DNA of 64,000 nucleotides from Pocillopora damicornis (Eukaryota): NCBI RefSeq assembly GCF_003704095.1, contig NW_020845831.1, positions 62,001 to 126,000 of the forward strand, read 5' to 3'. Shown piece by piece: positions 39,873 to 51,053 of this stretch (position 1 is its first letter; each line of letters starts with the position of its first letter). The notes under the pieces were generated by a model. It saw only the letters and a program-made list of their open reading frames with translations, ran no database searches and was not told where the DNA came from. The position numbers and the translations under genes were made by a program.

Positions 39873-42395
39873 ATGAAGATCAGCTCCTTTTTCTTGCTCT
39901 TTCTATTCCTGAACGTGAGTTTTGCAACAGAAGGTAAGCCACCAGACACCTTCACTGCGCCCCGTTTTACGTTTCAGTTGAATTCTCTAGAATCGGCTCC
40001 TATGCAAACATGCGATGTAAAATCAATCTTGATACAAGCGTTATGACGTGTCCATAATCCAATGATTGTTTCAGAAATATGAAACAAGGGACAAAAAGGC
40101 TCACATGTATTAGTCTTGTGCTACATTCCTACCAAAATGTAGGGGAAGGCGCGATACAACCGGTATTCAATGATAAGCCTTTTCCATGTAGGGACTGTTT
40201 ACATACAGCGCACCCCTACATGTTCTTGGTCAATGAGATAACAATGGAAACCGAAAGCTACAAAGCTGATGTGAACTAGATTGAGCGGCATATCAATCTA
40301 AAAGCGAGTTACGTGTTCTATTCTTTTTTGTGGCACCAGAAGGCGAGAAAATGGAAATTATAGCGTGTCCGCGCATATAATTTAACTACTACTTTTAGCC
40401 TTCTTCTGGGGCCCTGATGGTTTCAAAGGTGTCCGTTTTCTTAATTATAGAAAAATGAAGCAAAATATTTTACCCACATCGACGTTTTCCCTCAAGTGTC
40501 CACACCAATGCGATTTCGTTTGCGTCTCATGAACGCATACATTTTTGATGCGTCTTTGACGATCAAAAACGCCTGAAGACGCTGAAATTAGAAACATAAT
40601 TCTACACAACTTTAAAATGCTTCCCGTTTCAACCCATTCACTCTTAAAAAGGAAAATTTTAAAAACAATGCTTTTCCACAATGCTCCACCCTTGAAACCG
40701 TTTTGGAAAGTCTCCATTTCATCAGAGTGTTTGAGCGCTTTCGCGTGAATGATAGGTTTTTTGAAAGGAAAATGCATTGGTGTTTGTTACCTACGATTAT
40801 TTCCTGATTAATTGTGTGCACTAACCAAGCGCAGATTTTTTTCGGCCCTGAGGAACATAATAACTTTAAAACACAGCAGATCCCAGTGTTATCATTGGCT
40901 TTGTGAAATCTTGGAAGGCTAAAAAAAATTTTTCATGTCTCAACTGAACTCTCTCAGACTTTATTGTGTAGGAGGAATGCAAAATGTATAGAGGTAAAAC
41001 TCAGATCAGCTGTGTTTACGGTGACGAAGGATTTTTCAGAAGTGAAAATCCTTTCGATTGGGAACAGTAATTTAGCACCTACGAATTTACTTATGTCGCA
41101 TCTAATCGGTCGGACGCCTTAATGGACATTATAGAAACCCCAAGAAGCGCTTTCTCAGAGCTACTTTTGCACAACCAAGTTTTTTATATCTTGACTTCCT
41201 TTTATCTAAATCTTTATTCTCTAATTCTGGTAATGCAGAAGCAAAAATACGACAAATTTATCTTTAAAAAAAAATTGAACTTGCTAGTTTTTAAAGAAGC
41301 AGAATTGTCAAAAAACAACTTTAATCAGTTGATGTACGTAATTCTTTGGAGAAGAAAATGCAAGGATAAGAACTTTACTGTTATTATTGCTTTTTTTTTC
41401 TTCTTCTGGGTTCGCCACATTCGAATAACAAGTGAGCCGTACACAAAATCTTCAAATATCAAACAATATACGTAGCTTTTTCTGTTAACAGTATATAATC
41501 CTTGCAATTAAATTTCACGTACGGATACGGTGATGAAAAGAAGAGAGAATTTTTGTATCATAATTTCACTATCGCCGCCTTCATCATCGTTATAATTGTA
41601 ATTATTAGTATCATTATCAAAAAAACGTTTTTCACTCTCACTACTATTATCATTATTATCAGCATCGTAATTTTTGTTATCATTATCAACATCATCATTA
41701 TTAGTCAGTATCACGGCTTCACAAGAGCTCGTTCTATTTTAAAAGTTACATTTTATCCACACTACAGTAACGATAAAATTAAAACAATACGAGAGAGGAT
41801 ACGAACAGTGTCAGTGTCATTACCGATGTTTTTGCTTTTATCTCCAGAAACTGAAAATGGCTCACGCAGGAGTGAACGCAGTGCAGGTCAAACCATGTTA
41901 AATAGTTCATGATAATAAATTAGCAAACGAACGTTACTTTTTCATATTTCAATTGAAATATCGAGTGAAATGATGTTCTCTAAATAGAGTAGGGAATTCT
42001 AACGAAATTTTGCAGTCAAGATTTTATGCATGTATGTATATATCTATGTATGAGTCCTGCATACTTAATTGATTATAATCTCCAAATGCGGCTTTTTAGG
42101 ACCATTATGAACTAATTCTTTATTCTCATCACTTGCCTGCTTGATATTTTATTGATATTGTAAGGGGAGATTCTGTCTCAGTCGCTTATAGGAGTTCAGT
42201 ACATGTAGAGGGTTAATTGCGTCATGACAATTTCCCAATCCTCGTTGTTCGCTGATTTTCCATGTCATCGTTTTTTGTTCTCACTTCCTTGAAGGCTGCT
42301 TTGATCAGTGGGGTTCCTACTGTGAACGATGGGAAGGGATGTGTCACCATGGTTACGTGTTAGAGGGGTGCAAAAAGTTTTGTGGCATTTGTTGA
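39873..42395 (+). CDS. Gene H: small secreted single-ShKT peptide precursor (ShK-like toxin/neuropeptide/antimicrobial-type)
   Basis: Exon 39873-39933 MKISSFFLLFLFLNVSFATE+G|gtaagc. Probable phase-1 micro-exon 41848-41886 ETENGSRRSERSA (strong acceptor, weak donor). Exon 42295-42395 GCFDQWGSYCERWEGMCHHGYVLEGCKKFCGIC*, six Cys with CxxxCxxC end. Donor at 42402, 3'UTR exon from 43964, AATAAA 44067-44072. 53 aa without or 66 aa with the micro-exon. Confidence 0.82.
41565..41705. repeat. Degenerate (ATC/ATT)n microsatellite
   Basis: Explains the Ile-rich and Asn/Asp-rich spurious ORFs at 41502/41508. A similar tract lies at 57390-57470. Confidence 0.7.
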
Positions 42396-42834
42396 TCAAA
42401 GGTAAATAACCGTTACACTCTTAAGACATCAGTAGTATTCTCCTTATTGTCTATTGTCAATTCTTTTAATATTAGTTCAAAGAATTTGGTATTGAAGCAA
42501 CTGATAATCCCCTAATTGATATTTTTCTTCACGCTTGATATTGTCTTGATATTGTTAGGAGAAATTCTGTTGGTCACTTGTGGGAGTTAGGGGGTAATGT
42601 TATAGGCAAACAACAGATACAGGGGAGAACTTTGATAGACTCAGTCTTTAGGTTCTAGTCAACAAGGAATTGATCCCAAGGTTCTGAAGAAGTGATGTAT
42701 GGTCTAAGGTTCGTGTTGGCTACAAAATACCATAAAATATTGAAATTTATCAAATGGCCCACATCTTATTCGGCAAATCTGTTATGTTAATATTTAATCT
42801 TGTTTTTCATTCAAAGCTTTAAACACAGAGGTTC

Positions 42835-43321
42835 ATAATGGTAATTTAACCGGATGGAGTGCGATTTGGTCTGAAGTTATACACGTGATTTCAAAATAGA
42901 AGGAGTGTGCGGCGCAGGTTTGATTTGAAATCACAAGTATGATTTCAGACCAAAATTGCACTACACGAAGTTCAATTACCACTTTAATACATCTATTTTG
43001 AAATAAAAAAAATTCAGTCGTTCAAATACAGGTTTTTGTAGTCTGCGCAATATTTTGCTGATCTAGTATTGAGCTGATTTGTAAAAAGTTGCATAATTTG
43101 TCTTTAATTATATAATTTTACCGCAATTTCATTGCTTTCTTCAAAAAAAAAAACCCTTGAAATCTGATTGATTGTTGTGTTTTAGTAAAGCTGTCTTACT
43201 GGCTGGGAAAAAGATTTAATTTAGGTGCGATTTGTAAAAAAATCGCACCAATGATCTCGGCGCGAATATTTCTCATGAGAGCCAATCAAATTGCAAGGAT
43301 CACAAGTGATTTCAAAATGGG
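42835..43321. repeat. Interspersed repeat with internal palindrome, copy 2 (in 3'UTR intron of gene H)
   Basis: Reverse-complement similarity to 3470-3988 along its length, e.g. GATTTCAGACCAAAATTGCA and GTGATTTCAAAATGG. Confidence 0.7.
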
Positions 43322-45541
43322 ATCAAGGGGACAATGAAAAGAAAAATGATTTTTGAAAAACCGCCATTAGAGTCAGACAGTTTATATGGGATTTATAGAA
43401 AATAATACCTTAATTAATCAGTAAGTCTATTATAAACCAAGCCGTACACAGATGATAAACTGTTTTCAAAAAATTGAGGCACAGCAAAATGTTTCGGGGA
43501 GACGCCAGTTGATCTGTTCGTCCTAATTAAATAATCTACTCAACGTAAAATTGATTCCATGACGGTGATTTCAATAGGGTTTTAAAAGAGCTAATTGTAG
43601 CCTAAGAAAAGATCGGAAAGTATGAAATAAGACTGCTCGCGAAAAGCGATAAAAAAATTTGAAAATTGAAATAATCCAAATTTGTGAAATAGCTAGTCTC
43701 TTTACTTGTCATATTTTCACGTTATTATGTACATGAAGGTATCGTTTTTTTAATTTCAAATGTATGGGATAAAAAAACTTGAAAAGACTGTTATCCTCGA
43801 AACAACTTGTGGGAAAAATTCTGAAAATCTACAATTAAGCCTAACATTAAACTACTGAAAATGCCCCTTGAAAAAAAACATTATCTACATCTGAGGGAAA
43901 CCTCTTGTAGTGTTGAACACTTGTTGCTCATTGTTTTTTATCTCTTTTTTCCCTTTTATTCAGAGCAATGAACCTACCATCAAATCACAGTATTTTAGAG
44001 AACGCATCAAACCCAATGAGGTGTCAACATTATGCAGTTGATCGATGTGACCACAAGTTGAAGGGAAATAAATGGAATTAGCCTAAATATTGCTGATCTT
44101 TATGCATGTAGTTGATTTACAAAAAAATTGATGCCCTTCTCGGGTTTTCACGTCACCTCGCATTTATATGTCTTACTACTACAAAGAGTGCATGCTCGTG
44201 GTCTCTTGCCACTCAATGTCTTTCAGGCCGGCGCAGAGGTTCAACTATTTCCTGCGCAAGAAGCATAAATTAATGGTAAAAGGCAATTAAACGGTAAAAG
44301 GCACCTAACGCGTTAAAACGGATGAAAGAAAAAAAGCACGAAGTTTAATTTTGTCGCTTGGCGTTTTGTTAAACTTAAATCTTAATATTTTAAAACATCC
44401 CTTTTTAGGCATATTACAGGAATGAAAGTAAATGGAAAAACTGCACTCCACTCAACACTACACACTCTTTTTAACGGTATCTAAATCAAATATCCCTTTT
44501 TAATCACTCTGCTCTTAATGAAAATAAAAAAAGGACATTTCAATTTTTTGAGGGAACATTTTCAGGATGTATGAGATGAATATCATGGTTTCGGTGGGAG
44601 ATGAATTGCATATCTATATGAGGAGATCAGGCAAACATCTTCCCAGGTGTAGCCCCATTCCTTTTTCCTATTTATTTCTGTTTGTGTGGTCTATACTGAG
44701 TAGCCCTTTTTGTTTTTATTAAAGGCCTTTCCACATCAATATAACAACATCCAGAAAAAAAAGAAGACTACAAACTTTTGCAAAAAGGCTAATGAAGAGG
44801 AATTGCTCCTTTGGGCGTAAATTTTGGGTAACGATGGGTTTGTTCTCATAAAACCGCGTTAAGAAAGTAAACTATTGAGAAAAGGAGCAAGTGCAGCTGT
44901 CTTTCGGATAAAGTTTCGACAAGCAGAATTAAAGTAGGCCAATAAAGCTATTGAGGATCGTCAAATGTGGATTTTTACGGTTTTGTACTTGTAGTCAGCT
45001 GCTTTCATAACCGATCTTTTGTTCGCGACCACGAAGAAACGATTGTTTAAAGACCAGTATGTAACTCTTTCACGTTTTTGATAATAACGAGGACAGAATG
45101 TCCGGCCATATTGAATTTTTTCGCAGTTGAACAATTAGCATTTGCATTCAAATAAAATTTAACTACTACGCAAAATAAAGAAAAAATTATTGATATTCTT
45201 TAAAAAGCTTGTTCTCCACCTGAACCATCGATGAGGTTAAATAGAAATGCGTTTGTTGTCAAGTATATCATACAGCATTTATAAACATAACAATGCCATT
45301 TGCATTCGAATTGAATTTGACACAACACAATATCAGACATAAAAGAAAAGGATGATCTTTTCAAAAACGTAGCCGCCAACTGAGTCATCAGATGTAGCCA
45401 AATAGAATGATCCTTTGGAAATTCGAACGACTTGTTGTTTGAGAAAGATCTCCGGGTGAGGGGTAGCTGAGATCACACTAAAGTACATAAAAAAGGCATC
45501 AACCCAAGGTTGGTACCAAACTGGAGATCATTTCAGTCAAG

Positions 45542-48500
45542 ATGAATCTCTGGATCGGAGTGACACTTTTCTGTCTTTCAGTCTCATATTCTCAAGGTGC
45601 ATATTACAGATCTTTTTTCTTTGCATCTATCTGAGAATGCCGAGCAGAATAATAACGTATCTCACTTATTTTCATGAGTGAAAAATCATTTTTAACTCCA
45701 ATTAGCGCTCTCTTTGGCCTGTGTTTTTGAATGCTTATTGATATCTGAAGGATTAGTTATCTAAAACTGTTTAGCCCTAGGCCACTTGACGAACTTGAAT
45801 AACTAAAACTCGTCTAGATGTTGCTGTATTTTGCAGGTTGTGGAAGAAAACCATTTTCAGCTAGAGTCGTGAATGGGGAAAATGCCACTCCACATTCCTG
45901 GCCCTGGCAGATTTCTCTCAGAGTAAATGGACGTCACATATGTGGAGGATCTCTCATCGATAGGGAATGGGTCGTGACTGCCGCCCATTGTGTGGATAGA
46001 AACCCGAGACCGAGTGGATACACTGTAGTCGTGGGTAAGTCGATGATATACCAAGAAGAAAACAAACAAACAAAGAAACAAGAAAAAACCAAAGAACAGT
46101 AAAAAAGGAGAAACTAAACTCGTTACTTATCCTCTGGTTTTCACATTTTCAAAAGTTACAAACTTGGGTAATTCTGCAACTCAGTAATAGAAGGGGAAAC
46201 ATCGTTTAAGATGTGGGAAAAGTTGAGAATTAGACAGAAGAAGAAAAAGAGTGTTTGAAAAAGACTTTTCTAATCACAATCACTTTATTGATCAATCAAA
46301 TTAAATGTTCTTGATGCTAACATCCCCGTTTCCTTGTCTTTTCAACCTCCCAGTTTTACTTGAGCTGACTTACCATCTGTTAAAATAAATGTTTTTGCAA
46401 TAATGGCGTCTTTAGGAGCCCACCGTCGAACAGGATCAACACAAGTGCAGAGGACCTTTAGATTGAGACAACTGTTTAAACATGAAGGATTCAGTATGAG
46501 AAATCTGCGAAATGACGTAGCACTTCTGCAGCTTGCTGGGTCTATATCATCCAGTCCTAAAGTCAACACGGTGTGTTTACCAGTTTCTGGGAGTCGGATT
46601 CCAGCAGGATCGCAATGCTATATTACAGGTAACTAGAATTTGTTTGAATGATTTGAACATAATTATTCCTATACCAGATCTAGTAAATTTGTTTTGCCGG
46701 CCGTATTAAGCAGACTTTTTCCTTTGTGATGGGCTTTTCCAATGGTTAGGACTCCTCGTGCAGAGTTGACTGCATTTGCTTCTTAGTCTTCTCCTTTATA
46801 GATTTCGCACTTCAATTCTAGATATCTTGATGAAATTGGTATTTTCAAGTTTCTGCAGTTTAACTCTCAAACCGTAATTTCGATTGCACATAAATTTTGA
46901 GTAAATTTGGAAATAATTTGTTTTTGAACCTCAAAATGTGATCCAGCGATATAATTTCATATACACTTTGAAATTGTGGAGACGAAGATTGTTATTTTGT
47001 TCGGTGTAGCAGCATATCTGTCCTTTCAATTAAAACTATCAGAAGTATGCTATTTTGATAAAAAAAATCTCGTTAAGTTTTCTCTAAAGCATTCATTTGT
47101 CAAGTAGGTTACATGGGATAAAAATTGAAATTTGACGATAGGCAGTCTTTACCGTAAATTCATGATGTTTAAAATGCGGGAAAAACCACATTATGGAAAA
47201 GGCTCTGTGTATTGACACCATCACCGTCACTGCCCTTGTCAATGGTTAGGGAAACTTGATAGACAGTTTTATCGATGCTTCATTTTTCGCTATTTAATTG
47301 ATTCAATGCTGCTTTGCAGAGGCATCGATCTGTTTTGAGACATATAAGCTTCGAGGACCATTAAATCAAATACATGGTAAAATTGAATAAACGTGTCATA
47401 TTTGCGTTTGTAGGCTGGGGAAGAACTGTTGGAGGCGGAAATGCAGCGGACGTTCTCCAACAGGCTATGCTGCCAGTTGCCTCACACAGTGACTGCAGCA
47501 GAGTCAATGGACAACTGCTTCCTGTCGATGAGAGATCAATGCTATGTGCTGGACGCCAAGGAAAAGGAGGATGCCAGGTAATTGAATAACACATTAATCT
47601 TTAAAATTAGAAACGGCGGTCACCCCTGCATTGAAGTGTGGCCGAACACAGTTGTAGCCCAAAATGAATGGCCAGTTTGCCTTACACAATCAACCGTGAC
47701 TGGAAGTAAAAATAAACTCACTTTTCATTGACTTTCTTTTTGAAGTCATTGGATTGACGGATAATTATGTTTTATCATTATATCTATTGCTACAAAATTG
47801 CATAGGGTGACAGTGGCGGACCTTTTGTTTGCAATGAGGGTGGACGATGGGTGTTGAGAGGTGCTGTGAGCTGGGGTCATTCACAGTGTAGGACAGATCA
47901 CTACACGGTTTTCGCTCGTGTAAGCAGCTTCATTAGCTGGATCAACAACAAGAAGTCAGGTAAACTTCGTAAGCCTACTTAGAGTCCAGTCCAGAAGAAT
48001 GCTTTATGTTCAGTACGAAATGTCGAGAAATTGATACGAAGCTGGTTTCAGAAAAATTATCACGAACGAGTAAATTATCAATCTTCTCTGAGGATATCAT
48101 ACAAAACGTCATAAAAAAAACAGTTCATAGCGAGTTTTAAAGCATTCAAAGTCACTTGATTCTGGGCAATTTTGCATTTGCACAGATAATTTTCTATACA
48201 AATATTACGACATACCTAATGAGAATGTCAAAGTATCCCGGCAAAATTTGTATTTGAAAGACCTTTTGTTATTGTTAGAAACCTTGTTTGGACTAAGTGA
48301 AGGCTACCCGGTTTTCATTCTCTTAATCTTCACCTGTACTCAACTATTATTGATGCTTTGACATTATTATTGCAGCATTTCCTGAGGTCTTACGGAAATT
48401 ATAGGTGACACTAACAGTATCATCCCTTCTTTTATTTTCTTCAAGGTGGAGGTGGAGGTGGAGGCGGAGGCGGCGGAGGCGGAGGAAGTAAGCAAACCTC

Positions 48501-49546
48501 AATATAATATATAATATATGATATATAACACATCAGGAGAAAATTAGTAAAAGGGGTAAATTTTTCAGATAATGGCCTCCAGATATGTCAATTTCCAGAA
48601 ATTATTTACAGATAGCTCTTTGAACGGAGGTATGTTTTCCGGACTTCCGCAAGAATGCTAACACCGACCAGTTCTTCCGAGTTAAATTACTGCATTGGAA
48701 ATTTGAGTGGTGACGAAAACGGTTTCGAAAGAGAAGGGAAGTCAAAGTTTAAAGTTACTCTCAAAATGAAGTAGGCATTCGTTACCATCTTATAACTTCG
48801 ATTGGAATGGCCATAGGTGACGCCCTGATTAACTTTTCGTATGTTTACCAACAACAAAATAGGGTGCCTCTTGGAAAAAGCGTCCAACGCACGCCCTTTC
48901 AAAGAAAACATTAAAAAACTGTATATCACTAAAGAGCTTGAAAACAAAATAACGTTTTACCGATTTTGTTTCGATAGGCGCGCGCGAGCCATTAAATACA
49001 ATACGGGCAGGGCTCGCTTTACTGAATTACCAGCCAAAGCGTTACCGCAGACCTTCAAACAAACTGGACTGTAGCAGTCAGTAGATGATAGGTTATTCAA
49101 TTGTGAAAGGCTTTTTATATATACCCATTGGCTCCTGAAAGTCTTTTTTCAAGTTGGACAATAGAAAATATTTCACTTTTTGAAAAATGTTTTGAATTTC
49201 GTAATAATCTCACACTCTCACAAACACTGAGGTGAATAATTGTTTCAGAATGGCAAAGAAATCAGTTTATCTCTGTCAATATACCAAAAAATGGTCTTAA
49301 ATTAATCTCGATGTACCATGTTGTCTCTTCGGCTGCTTGGAGGTGAATGGTATTTGCATGCTTATCACGTTCCGAACCAGCCAATCAGCGAGCGTGAAAA
49401 GCACTATTCACCTGTGTGTGTACTAATTAATGTAATTATTGTGACTAGATTGCATAGATAAGGACCGAAGGTGTCGCTATTGGACTCGGTACTGCTCATA
49501 TGCGTATGTGCGGACAAATTGCATGAAGACATGCAAACTCTGCTAA
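45542..49546 (+). CDS. Gene I: secreted S1A serine protease, poly-Gly linker, one ShKT
   Basis: Exons 45542-45596, 45837-46034, 46416-46628, 47414-47577, 47806-47959, 48446-48487 (14 Gly), 49449-49546 ([32 protein letters not shown]). Triad TAAHC/NDVAL/GDSGGP. 3'UTR exon from 49882. Confidence 0.93.
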
Positions 49547-50684
49547 ATTCAGGTATCTAATTAAGTTTTTCTATTGAGCATATCATCTTGTTAGTCTAGT
49601 TAGTAAATCGTAAACCTCTTGTCGACCTTAAAATCAAGCAAAGAAAAATATTAGAAAGCATCAAAGAACACTTCATTTCTTGTTTATGAATCGAGAAGCT
49701 TCCATCACACGAGTTCTCGGCCAGCTAAACGTAATCTTAGTGTTTATTTTCTTCAGAAGTAGATTTGCTAGGTCGAATACTTTTATCTGCGGGTAAACAA
49801 TCACATAAGATTACAATTTGACTGAATTAAAGAAAACACTCACATGATTCATATCTTTGCATTTTTCTCTTTATTTCACAGCCATCAAAACCCACGAGGC
49901 TCGAAGCGACCTGAATTTAAGGCAAAGTTCTCACCAATGTACTTGAACAGAGCAAATTAAAGTGTTTTAAACAACATACTTCGTAGTATCCAATTTATAG
50001 TGATGAGCAACGTAGCATTTACCACAGAAAATTTTGAATGCATGTAATGAAAGTGGGGTCATTGAGTAACCAGAACCAATGGGAGGGAAGAAATCAGAAT
50101 ATCACTAACATCGTGTTCACATACAGTCAATCAAATGCCGCGTGCGAAATCTAAATTTTAACTCCTTAACCCCCTACGAGTGATAGGGATCTATAATTGC
50201 TCCCAACAATATCACCACTAAATCAAATATTTAGGTCAAGAGAATATAGGAAATAGTCGTGAACTCAAGAATTAAGCTCTTGATTGTTAGCCAGATTCTC
50301 CTCAGTACATTTAGAAATGTATAGAGAACAGTACGGAGAACTTACATATTCATGTTAAGCCGGTTGAAAAGTTTAAACTATTGGTCTTTTCGTAATTTCC
50401 GTTTATGCATTCAGTTACTATTGGGACCTAGGCTGGTTAGATTAAAAAAAAAATAGCTAAAGCTTCTTGAAGAGAAACTGTCACCATGACACGAAATTTT
50501 TTTCACATTTTCTATTTAATGGCTGTTTTTTAAAATTAGGAATAATCAACCTTAGGAGCTAATGAGTTCTCCTTGACTTTTTTTGTGTATTGAAAGTACG
50601 ATTTGGCGGCCAAAAAGTGTCATTATTTAACGCGCGGCCAAAAAAATCATGTTACATAGCTGTGACGTAGAAAACTATGAAGAC

Positions 50685-51053
50685 ATGTCGGCAACGATGG
50701 TGGAGAAAGGAGAAATCAAGAAGAAAGGACGAACGTATTGCGTAGCCGGAGAGCCAAATGATGTTAGTTACAAGAATAATAAACATATACCGGCTAGTTC
50801 TATACATTACTTTTCAAAGAATGTAGCTGTATGGCCAAAATGGACGCGTTGCGATCGTCGAGCTTTTGCTCTTCAATGTCGTCGGCTCCACACCGGCTTC
50901 GAAGGCGCCTGTTACGAACACATATCGTTAGTCAAATCAGGGGAAAATTACCAATGAATTCAGCTGAAAAAGATGCTGATTAGGGGGTCTGTTCCCACAC
51001 CGAACACGAATGTTCAAGATTCTTTTCGGCTGACATTTTGCAAGCGAAGAATG
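50685..51053 (+). pseudogene. Decayed THAP zinc-finger exon, probably of a DNA transposon (element about 50470-51760)
   Basis: YCVAGEPNDVSYKN..SIHYFSKN..W..FEGACY, then after an in-frame TGA (50955-50957) KKMLIRGSVPT and a GTGAG donor. Several zinc ligands are lost. Loose inverted ends near 50478 and 51757. Confidence 0.6.

Noticed and set aside
41502-41912. 136-aa hydrophobic ORF as a membrane protein
   Set aside because: Produced by an (ATC/ATT)n microsatellite; only 41848-41886 has exon signals. The same applies to the ORFs at 57224-57488.
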